Below, piece by piece: positions 12,365 to 53,278 of a stretch of DNA of 64,000 bases. The notes below the pieces were generated by a model. It searched no databases. It saw only the letters and a list, made by a program, of their open reading frames with translations, and had not been told where the DNA came from. The translations under genes and the position numbers were made by a program. Origin of the DNA: Pristiophorus japonicus (lineage: Eukaryota). The stretch spans positions 159,402,001-159,466,000 of the forward strand of contig NC_091979.1 in the NCBI RefSeq assembly GCF_044704955.1, written 5' to 3'. Within the stretch, counting starts at the first letter, position 1. The number at the start of each line of letters is the position of its first letter.

Positions 12365-12916
12365 GTACTGCGTGCAGTTTTGGTCACCTTACTGAAGGAA
12401 GGATATACTGGCTTTGGAGGGGGTACAAAGACGATTCACTAGGCTGATTCCGGAGATGAGGGGGTTACCTTATGATGATAGATTGAGTAGACTGGGTCTT
12501 TACTCGTTGGGAGTTCAGAAGGATGAGGGGTGATCTTATAGAAACATTTAAAATAATGAAAGGGATAGACAAGATAGAGGCAGAGAGGTTGTTTCCACTG
12601 GTCAGGGAGACTAGAACTAGGGGGCACAGCCTCAAAATACGGGGGAGACAATTTAAAACCGAGTTGAGAAGGAATTTCTTCTCCCAGAGGGTTGTGAATC
12701 TGTGGAATTCTCTGCCCAAGGAAGCAGTTGAGGCTAGCTCCTTGAATGTATTCAAATCACAGATAGATAGATTTTTAACCAATAAGGGAATTAAGGGTTA
12801 TGGGGAGTGGGCGGGTAAGTGGAGCTGAGTCCACGGTCAGATCAGCCATGATCTTGTTGAATGGCGGAGCAGGCTCGAGGGGCTAGATGGCCTACTCCTG
12901 TTCCTAATTCTTATGT
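12365..12916 (+). mobile_element. CR1 LINE 3' fragment
   Basis: ORF 12523..12828 RGDLIETFKI...RRNFFSQRVVNLWNSLP and CR1 tail. Confidence 0.88.
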
Positions 12917-13218
12917 ATAAAGGTATCTTTAGGTGGCATAGTGATCTTTTTTTCCCCTTGGCTTTAGCTCCAATAAAATAATTCCCAAATATATATTAAG
13001 AGGCATCAAAAACAAATGAGCATTATTACGAATGTATGCATATGTATATATAAAATAATTAAAAATGCAAGATTTCAAAAGTTTAACATAAAGTACGGGC
13101 TGTCAGATATCCAAAAAAGACACAGCGGCTTTGTCAGCAGACAGCAACAGACACTTTATAAGTGACCTGTCAGTGAGTTATTTTATTAGTTTTCACTTTG
13201 GTACTGATCACAACTTAC

Positions 13219-13334
13219 GCGTCCAGTCTTATTTTTTTCAGCGCCACCATCTCTCCCGTCACTTTATTCATGGCTTTGTAGACCACTCCGTAGGTGCCTT
13301 CTCCGATCTTCTCCACTTTCTGAAAGTTGTCCAT
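13219..13334 (-). CDS. CDK2: Cyclin-dependent kinase 2/3-like, coding exon 1 ([39 protein letters not shown])
   Basis: Kozak context GGCACCATGG, Gly-rich loop GEGTYG (T14/Y15), VALKK lysine, donor GC|GTAAGT after 116 coding nt as in vertebrate CDK2/CDK3. CDK2 versus CDK3 versus another paralogue cannot be settled from one exon. The PSTAIRE exon was not found in 1-13218. Confidence 0.85.
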
Positions 13335-13620
13335 GGTGCCGCCGCTCCCTCACAACTGGAGCTCGAGCCCTCGCCACTGTTGTTTACATGGCGCGCGCGC
13401 GCACTTGCGCGCCCTGCTTTCCAAACGCAAACCGTCTCCTCAACGCGCGCCGCTAATCTGCTCGGAATCATCCATACGTTCCCGCGTCTTCGTGGGACAA
13501 TCGTGCTTCCTATTGGCTCCGTGAGACCCGGTGACATAATCACGCTCGCTGGCGCACTTCAAGTCAAACCACCACCAGTGATTTTGAAGTCCACAACGCC
13601 CATCATCCAGCGTCACACAT
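13335..13620 (-). promoter_or_regulatory. CpG-rich promoter/5'UTR of the CDK2/3-like gene
   Basis: Many CGCG words, CCAAT box (attgg 13512-13516) and E2F-like TTCCCGCG (13479-13486) directly upstream of the ATG. Confidence 0.6.
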
Positions 13621-13916
13621 AAAGCTGGCCAGTTGGATAAGGTACTGGAAAGGGGGAAGTACATCATTCAAATCAGTGAACTTTTACAGTGCAACTGCTG
13701 CTCTGTGAAAAGTCTCTCTATGCGCAGTACAATATTCCAGCAATGGTGTGATATTAGACGAAAACTTGCACTAACAACTCATCAGCACATCGTCACTTTT
13801 TAAGCTCAAGACCCATGGCGTAGGCTGTAAATATAAAAAAACTCTCAGAACATTTTCTTAAAACGAAGATCGCGACGATAAGTGACACGAGAACGCTTGT
13901 CTTTTTAGGTATAAAA

Positions 13917-14146
13917 TAGGGTTTGCCAACTCTCCAGGATTGTCCTGGAGTCACCAGAAATTAAAAACCAATCTGGACAATGCTACAAACAACCTGGAAG
14001 AAGAAATTAAAAACATGTTTTCCCCCCATTTGAGCACTTTCATTTATTAGTTATAAATATAAAGATGGGGGGGGGGGGGGGATTCAAAGTGGGAGGTCAT
14101 GTGACGAAACCTCCTGGAATATATCCAATCAGAGTTAGCAACCCTA
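13917..14146. mobile_element. hAT-type MITE
   Basis: TIRs TAGGGTTTGCCAAC / GTTAGCAACCCTA; 8-bp flanks GTATAAAA / GTGTAAAA (7/8 match). Confidence 0.75.
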
Positions 14147-14289
14147 GTGTAAAAACTTACTCAGGCTAGCTAGATTTTCCACTCATTGATTAAAACTGGA
14201 CAAATAATGTAGTTAGTTAGATTGATAGGTGTCTATACACACACTTTTGTTTACAACTTTAGATTGGTAATTGCATACCAATATTGGGA

Positions 14290-14697
14290 TCAGGGTAGCT
14301 TCAGAGTTCAGAAGGTTGTGTGTTTAAAGTCCTACTCCAGAGACTTGAGCATAAAAATATAGGTTGACATTTCAGTGAAGTACCCGAAGGAGCACTGCAC
14401 CGTCAGAGGTGCAGACTTTCAGATGAGATATTAAACGTGCATGCTCAGGTGAATGTAATCGATCCCATGTCACTGTTGAAAAACAGGGAAGTTCTTCCAG
14501 TGTCCAGGCCAATATTTATTGCTCAACCAACATCATTAAACCAGATTATCTGGTCATGATTACATTGCTGCTTGTGGGACCCTGCTGTGCACAAAGTAGC
14601 TGCCACATTTCCTACATTACAATAGTGACATCAGAAGTGCTTCATTGGCTGTAAAGTGTTTTAGGATGTCCCTAGGTCATGAAACACTCTTTCTTTC
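14290..14697 (+). mobile_element. Deu-domain SINE (diverged copy)
   Basis: Co-linear similarity to 2478-2878, plus L2-like tail. Confidence 0.75.
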
Positions 14698-17600
14698 TAA
14701 CTTGTAACAGCATCTAAATACAAACTGAAACTAACAAGGTCCATAACAAAGTTTTTCTAAACCAGAGAGCAGCCAACTGCTACACTAATTCTAAAGTCGT
14801 TTTTAAAAAAAAAATATTTTATTATCCTCCAGTGTTTGGGGTATAGTGATTTACAAGATTAGAATTTAGGAGGGAGGAACAAGCATGTGATAAAAGACCA
14901 CAAAGTCACTTTTACAGTATTGTGATGAATTTGTATCCTCAGATGCAATTCCCAATAACCAATTCAAGATTAAAAACAAGAATCATCAAAAACAGCAGGC
15001 AGCAACATGAAACTCACCACTGAGGATGGAGTAATGTAGTAACAGTTTCAGATTAGCAGCTGCGGCAGTTGTCGGCTGTGAAATGCACTAACTGGCAGGA
15101 TGTGTACTTTCACGCCTGCGCAGAGCCATTAAATTTGGCCATTAAATTTTGAATGTTGAGTGCCTATTATTTCTTAAATATTTTTAAAAAATCTCTGCTT
15201 AAGTTGATAAAGTGCCTAAGTTTGGTTAATGGCAGAATCAGAGAAATTCTACAGCTAGTAATTAAATTTTAACAAGTCAATTTAAAAAAGAGAAGCTACA
15301 TTTTGGTACTTCCCAATACAGTGCACAGCATAGGTTGCAGAACAACATTTGCACCATAACTTAGTTAGCAACTGCAACTGTTCAAGAGTGAGTCAATGCA
15401 TTGCAATTGTTTTCACAATTATTTTGATTACAAAATATATTTAATTTTGTGGTAAATTGCAAGTACACAAATTACAACTCTACACATTTCAGTTTATGTT
15501 CAAATTTCTCATTCCCCTTCACAGTCCAATTCTATTCCACTCTGCCAGTCAGGCATCAATAAGAAGCCAAAACTTCTTTGCACCTATACTAAACTTGCAG
15601 TGTAGATAATGTATAAAGGCCTCAACTGACTAAAGTGAAGCAGAGCGAGAATTCCTCCTCCACAGAGTCACTCACTGCTTCATTCTAGTGTCAGATCAAG
15701 CCATAACACCAGGTTCAGGCTGCATTTACACTATAAATTCAGAGACAGTTGTGGCATAAATGTACCCTTCCCGAAGAGCACTAGATGGGCCAGGATTCAG
15801 TGAAATGAATTTATTTAGCCCAGGGATAATAGGAAATAGAGCTAGCAAATTATTAGATTTGTGCATAATTAAGGAATCCATAGTTTTTGAATACTTGGCT
15901 GTTTACCCCTGAAAAATGGAAGCTAGTTTTTTTCTTGAAAGACAACATGTTTATATTCACTTTCTTTCCCCATCTCCAAAGTTTAAATATTTTCTCCACT
16001 CAATCATAATTTATATATTACAGCTTAGACTCACTCCTTCCTAAAACTTGCATTGATTAGCAACAGACAATCTATGAATCAAGCATCCTTAGGTTGAAAA
16101 CAAAAAATATTTATTTTCTGGCCTTGTGTTGCAAAAAATTTACCAACATATAGATTATACAACACTCATCTATTTAGTAAAAACAAAATTGTAATTTTCT
16201 CTTCTAGCAACTGAACTAGAAAAGAATAGATTGAATTTGCCTCCATGACCTCTTTGATTTGTGTGTTTGCAATTACAAGTACAGTGTGTTCAACTAGGCC
16301 ATCTACTTAAAATATGTGAATTATTTTAATAAGTACATTGGAATAACACAAAATTTGTCAAAAGAAAGTGTGGTTCTGTTCATACATATATTAAAAAAAT
16401 GACTGAATTTGCATAGTGGGTGCAGGCTGTGATTTAGTGTTGGTATATTTACTGTAGGATAACTTCAAAAACAACCTGGACTAGATACACCTTTGCTAAA
16501 ATATCTATGGACCACCCATCATTCTGTACACCTATATTATCCAGACTTAAAGAAACTATATTTTATAAAATTTTCTTATGCACATTTAGTGATTTTAATT
16601 GTGAAAATGATATATATATTATACACACACACACAAAAGGTTTTTTGTTAAAAGAATGTCTACTTTCCACACCAAAAACTTTAAAATAAAATTTCTTTGT
16701 ATTTTTGTTCAGTACTAGAAATCATGGGGAAACAGTTTATCAAACCTTGAACAGTAGAAGTTCAAAAGAAAACAATGGACTGAATTTGGAAGTACACAAA
16801 TACAAGTTTTGAGAAACAATCAACCGCAACATACAGCATTTTATTGACCCAATAGCAGATCAATATTTTGCAATCCTGAACAATGAAAACAGGAATGCCA
16901 AAAACAATTGCATGCTTGTATGTTTCAATTAAATAATAATGAATAGATAACATTTTGTTTGGGTTTAATATATAAATGGAGCATCACATGAAAATACAGC
17001 TGAACTGTATTTATCCTTTCAAGCTGTGCACCTTGTCCTTTATTATATACTGAATAATGTTTTAACCAAACCCTGACTGAAGGTTCTTTCTATTCCAATT
17101 ATAACATTGAAGTGTCCAATCAACATATTTGTTTGTCATTTTCTCATTGTTTTGGTATAGGTATAGCTTTGATTGGTGCTATAAAGAAAGTAGAAAAGTC
17201 CTGTCATAATGTCTGCAGAGACTAATTTAACAATGTTCTTCTCTTCCAGTAGCTGAACTATGCTAGAATCCACATTGTTTCATGTTTTTAGTCTGTACTT
17301 ACACTTTTTTGGACAATCTAGTTTCAAAAACAATTGACTTCAGTACTTGATTCTCCAATTGAAACAATGCATACATAAAAATGAAATGCCTAGAACAGGA
17401 GCAATTTTCTTCCCCAATCAATTTTAGTTAATAAATTGCACGTTATAACAATGTTGTTGTTACTGTGTGCTTTTCTACAAATGTAGTATCTCCATTTGAC
17501 AATTTTACTTACATGTACTGTATGCTGTACAGTAAATGATTCATTTTGCTGCAGTCAAGCTCAAACTGTTCCCTCAAAAACTAGTTTCAGAAAATTTCAC

Positions 17601-18232
17601 AGCAATTCACAGCTCCTTTGAGTGGGAATTGATTAAACCCAAACAACACCTATCTGAGCAAAATAATGTTGTATTCTTCACATTCCATCAGAGATTACAG
17701 AAACCAATCACTCTGTAACCTCTAGAGCAATATTTGGCCACCACAACTCAAAAACATAACAGAAGTCTAAATGAAAGTACTTCTGAACAATTTCTATAAA
17801 CCTGTGACAGCACTGAAATCTGTATACTTGCTTCTTACAATATTCAAAATTGAACAACCATAACACCTAACATTTTACAAGTAACAGAACATCCTTAAGG
17901 TGAAGAGAAATTTACAGTTTGCCATTTCTGCTTGGATATGAACATTTAAAGGCATCTATTCACCTTAAAATGTCAACATTTTTACTGTTCTGGCCAGAGT
18001 CAATCTTTTAGGGGGGGGGGGGGGGGCAGAAAAGAGAAAAAGGGCAAAATGTTAAAAACAAGACTATAATCTTCTTGTGCTGCTTAGAAGCAAACATACA
18101 CAGATCTCAGTTTTAAAGATTATTAATTCCCTACCCTCCCCAACCCCAAAATACATTCAACATTAGAAACCTCAGATAATAAATTATTACATTTTCAGTA
18201 TCACATAAAAGTTTGTTTCATTTGTGTTTACA

Positions 18233-48959
<30,727 letters not shown>

Positions 48960-49200
48960 GCTACCCACTTTCCTCTTCGTTTTTTGTTTCCGCTGCTAAA
49001 GTTGCTCGGTGCGAGCGGAAACTACCGGCAGAAGCACGTCAACAGCAGCGCCGCATCCACAAGGGGAGGAGTCCAGGCCTCCAACACATCCTCCCGCTAA
49101 GCCGGCAGTTGGGCTTCTGATTCGTTCGACACAAATGTGCAAGAACATTTGGTTGGCTGACAGGGGCAAAGATTTTTTGCGTGCGTTCAGGAAATGAGGT
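48960..49200 (-). promoter_or_regulatory. DNAJB11 5'UTR/promoter with UPRE-like TGACGTG core
   Basis: CpG-rich; cacgtca at 49035-49041 reads TGACGTG on the minus strand; ETS-like CGGAA words nearby. Confidence 0.5.
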
Positions 49201-49439
49201 TGGTGTGTATAATTTTAATCATCCAAAAATGCAAAGGAGAAAGTACTCTTTCATTTCCATACTCTGCTTAGTTGTAGAATGTATTTATATTTATTGATAT
49301 TCTATATTGTAACACGTTGAATCACAAAGTTTCAATAAATGATGTAATAAAAACATCATGCTGGATAATGAGCATACAACATGAGAAAATACTATTGCAT
49401 TAGAAAATTGACAGCCCTGCAAAACTTCATTCATATATG

Positions 49440-49657
49440 CCTCAGTGACTCGCCTCTGAGTCAGAAGGTTGTGGGTTCAAGTCCCACTCCAGGGACTTGA
49501 GCAAAAACAAATCTAGGCTGATACTCCAGTGCAGTCCTGAGGGAGTGCTGCACTGTCTTTTGGATGCGACTTTAAATCGAGGCCCCCTCTGCTCTCTCAG
49601 GTGGATGTAGAAGATCCCATGGCACTATTTCGAAGAAGAGCAGAGGAGTTATCTCCG
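49440..49657 (+). mobile_element. 5' part of a Deu-domain SINE
   Basis: B-box GGTTCAAGTCC and Deu core, truncated by the Penelope remnant. Confidence 0.78.
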
Positions 49658-50406
49658 ATACAAAAGCAAAATACTGCGGATGCTGGAATCTAAAATAAAA
49701 ACAGAAAATGCTGGAAATCTCAGCAGGACCAGCAGCATCTGTGGAGAGAAACAGAGTTAACGTTTCAGGTCTGTAACCCTTCGTCAGAACTGGAAAAGTT
49801 TGAGATGTAACAGATTATTAAGGAAGTGCAGGGGCAGTGAAAGGGGGAAGGGAAGGCCTATGATAGGGTGGAAGACTGAAGAGATTTAAGAGACAAAAGG
49901 GATGATGGGCAAAAATGAGATGGTAATGGAACAAGTTAAGAAACAAAAGATGAGTCTAGATGGGGTGTGAATGGTGGAATCATCACCAGCTGCCATGGGA
50001 AAGAGGGAAAAAAGGGGGTTGTAAAAAAAAAGGGAAAAAAATGCATTGGCAGAAGTTATGGTCTGAAATTGTTGAATTCAATGTTGAGTCCGGAAGGCTG
50101 TAAAGTGCCTAAACGAAAGATGAACAGCTGATCTTCTTGTGTTGAGCTTCATTGGAACAGTGTAGGAAGCCGAGGATGGAGAGGTCAGAGTGGGAGCGGA
50201 GCGGAGAATTAAAGCGACCGGAAGCTCGGGGTCACGTTTACGGACTGAACGAAGATGTTCTGCAAAGCGGTTACCCAATCTGCATTTGGCCTCCTTCTGT
50301 GCTGTGAATTTCTATGATTCCATGATACCCTTCATCAAAATTGAATACTGATTTATAGACCTATTTCCAGAATTTCTATTTTAATTTCAGATTTCCAGCA
50401 TTTGCA
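49658..50406 (-). mobile_element. Penelope-like element remnant with inverted terminal blocks
   Basis: GNRFAEHLRSVRKRDPELPVA (GIY-YIG C-terminal part, ORF 50078..50278); gatgctggaatctaaaataaaaacagaaaatgctggaaat at the left is mirrored by atttccagaatttctattttaatttcagatttccagcatttgca at the right. Confidence 0.7.
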
Positions 50407-50542
50407 TGATCCACTTTTTCACTGTGGGGGCAGTTCCTGTGCACCCACATTAATATCACCCTCCAATAAACTGCACTGTCCAAGTAGGTGTGGGGGTGGG
50501 GGGGAACTGCTATGGCAGAGTGGATGCAAAATTTATATTTTA

Positions 50543-51848
50543 TCATAGAAATTTACAGCACGGAAGGTCATTTGGCCCATCGTGTCCATGCCGACCGACC
50601 AAGAACCATCCAGCCTAATCCCACCTTCCAGCTCTTGGTCCGTAGCCTTGTAGGTTACGGCACTTCAAGTGCATAATCCAAGTACTTTTTAAAATGTGGT
50701 GAGAGTTTCTGCCTCTACCACCCTTTCAGGCAGTGAGTTCCAGACTCCAACCCCCTCTGGGTGTAAGAATTTTCCCTCAAATCCCCTCTAAACCTCCAAC
50801 CAATTACTTTAAATCTATGCCCTTTGGTTGTTGACCCCCCTGCTAAGGAAAATAGATCCTTCCTATCCACTCTATCTAGGCCACTCATAATTTTATAGAC
50901 CTCATTAAGGTCTCCCCTCAGCCTCCTCTGTTCCAAAGAAAACAATCCCAGCCTATCCAATCTCTTCTCATAGCTAAAATTCTCCAGTCCATACAAAAGC
51001 AAAATACTGCGGATGCTGGAATCTAAAATAAAAACAATAAAAATAATAAATCTCCTCTGTACCCTCTCTAGTGCAATCACATCTTTTCTATAATGTGCTG
51101 ACCAGAACTGCACCCAGTACTCTAGCTGTGGCCTAACTAGTGTTTTATATAGTTCAAGCATATCCTCCCTGCTCCTGTATTCTGTGTATCGGCTAATAAG
51201 GGCATGTATTTCATATGCCTTCTTAGCCACCTTATATACCTGTCCTGCTACCTTCCGGGATCTGTGGACATGCACTCCAAGATCCCTTTATTCCTCTATA
51301 CTTCTCAGTGTCCTACCATTTATTGGGTATTTCCTTGCCTTGTTAGCCCTCCCCAAATGTATTACCTCACACTTCTCCAGATTTAATTCCATTTACCACT
51401 ATTCTGTCCACTTGACCAGTTCATTGATATCTTCCTGCAGTCTACAGCTGTCTTCTTCATTATCAACCACACAACCAATTTTTGTATCATCTGCAAACTT
51501 CTTAATCATACCCCCTACATTCATATATACCACAAAAAGCAAGAGACTTAGTACTGAGTCCTGCAGAACTCGACTGGAAACAGCCTTCCAGTCACAAAAA
51601 CACCCATCAACCATTTGGTTCCTGCCTCTGAGCCAATTTTGGATCCAACTTGCCACTTTGCCTTGGATCCCTGGGGCTTTTCTTTCATGACCAGTTTACC
51701 ATGTGGGACTTTATCAAAAGCCTTACTACAATCCATGTACACTACATCAAACACACTACGCTCATCGACCCTCCTTATTATCTCCTCAAATAATTCAATC
51801 AATTTAGTCAGATACGACCTTCCCTTAACAAATCCATGCTGACTGTCT
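50543..51848 (-). mobile_element. CR1 RT/3' fragment
   Basis: ORFs 51548..51802 (KAFDKVPH), 51399..51656 (KFADDTK), 50715..51275. Confidence 0.88.
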
Positions 51849-52379
51849 TAATCTATATTTCCTTGACTCATCCCGGAACAGAAGTCCTGGTAAGCAGGCA
51901 GTGACACTGAAACATGGGAGGGTGAAACTATCTCTAATTATTTTGGGGGTGGGGGGGTCCAGATTTTTGTGTTCTTCAAGGTGAGTAATTGGAGTGCTAG
52001 AGAATGGAACTCTACTACTTTTCGACACACCAAGTACCTACAGGTTGTGTATGCATAGAAAATGCAGTGTACAATTCTGTCCATTATATCTTAACCTTAA
52101 TCAAGATTGTCAAGTACTGCATATTTCCATTTCTCACACAAGCCATCCAAATGGTCTCTGAATAAATCTGACTAGTTAGTATTAATTGTGCTGTAAACAT
52201 GTGCCCAATAAGAACTAGAGTAAGATTACCCAAATTCGGTAGAGTTGGAAAGTTTGCAGTTGCCATAGAGGAGACTCTTATTTCAGTAGTTTAAGGTGGA
52301 ATCAAGTCCAGGCCCCCCAAAAAAGATAATTTTAAATAACGGACTCACGAACTTTTGCAAAGCTGCAGAGCTCTGTAGA

Positions 52380-52900
52380 CGAATGTGCATTTTGCGGTGA
52401 GTGAAACTACAGCTACAGTACTTGAATATGTGTCGGTCTGTCAGCTTGTGCCGGTGTTTAGGTGCAATCTGTCACTTTTTTTTGATCACAGGCTGCGCTC
52501 CTTATATTTCCCTCTTGCAAGCGGCTCTGCAGGATGGTGCTGACTTGATGTTTCCCGATTGTGGGTTGCGACCCTTCTTGCCTTGCTTTGCAGATGCTCC
52601 TCGTTACTTGCCCAAGTCGGAGCTGCGCAGCTGCGCAAACTGAACCGCGGGCGGGCAAAGAGCGCGCCCAACGGCCGGGCAAGGGGGGAAGGATCGGTGG
52701 GCGAGCAGCGGCCTGTCAGCCCGGCTCCCGGCCTCGGACACCCTGCGGGGCTGTCGGCGAGGCGAGCGGAGCGGAGCGGGTAAGGACCATTGTGTTGCGC
52801 CGCGGCACCTGGCGCGCTTTTTTGACGACGATCTAAATACTTAATGCGCAGCCAATCTCAGGCCGGACAGGGGCCCTGAGCCGATGCCTGTTGCTCGGCG
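52380..52900 (+). promoter_or_regulatory. CpG island with candidate 5' exons of a plus-strand gene
   Basis: GC/CpG-rich and not recognisably TE-derived; donor GCG|GTGAGT at 52397, polypyrimidine acceptor ending CAG at 52593, donor CGG|GTAAGG at 52780. Confidence 0.5.
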
Positions 52901-53074
52901 GGGGAGAGCTTAATTACTGTGAGGGCTGTTCCAGGGATCCAATTCTGTTGGTGGAGCTTGGAAGGAAACACTACTTCTCTCACCTTTTGTGTTTTTGTTT
53001 CATTCTGCAATGGTCATTTTTCAACAATTCCCTTACTGCTTCTAAGCTGCAAATGCAGTCACGTTGATGCTTTC

Positions 53075-53278
53075 TGTTGTGTATCTGTAAAGCATGCACT
53101 CCTATGTTCCGCCACCAGGGAGCTCATCCCCTGAAGGGATCCCAGCATCCCTTGGGAGCACTGTATATAAGTCGGCCCCGAAGGCCTGTTCCTCACTCTG
53201 GAATGTCTTATTAAAGACTGAGGTCACTGTTACTTTAACCTCCCTGTGTGCAGTTTCATCCATGTTAGGAACACAATA
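53075..53278 (+). repeat. 5' LTR of Gypsy A, followed by PBS TGGTGACGAG (53281-53290)
   Basis: Inverted termini TGTTGTGTATCT / AGGAACACAATA, TATATAA box, ATTAAA; the PBS resembles the complement of the tRNA-Ser(GCT) 3' end. Confidence 0.8.

Noticed and set aside
1-13218. CDK exon 2 (PSTAIRE) within the window
   Set aside because: No matching codons found by eye in the non-repeat stretches; it probably lies beyond the left edge, though a tblastn would be needed to be sure.
13131-13667. ORFs 13131..13622, 13268..13543 and 13440..13667 as genes
   Set aside because: They are antisense or off-frame shadows of the CDK exon and its CpG promoter.
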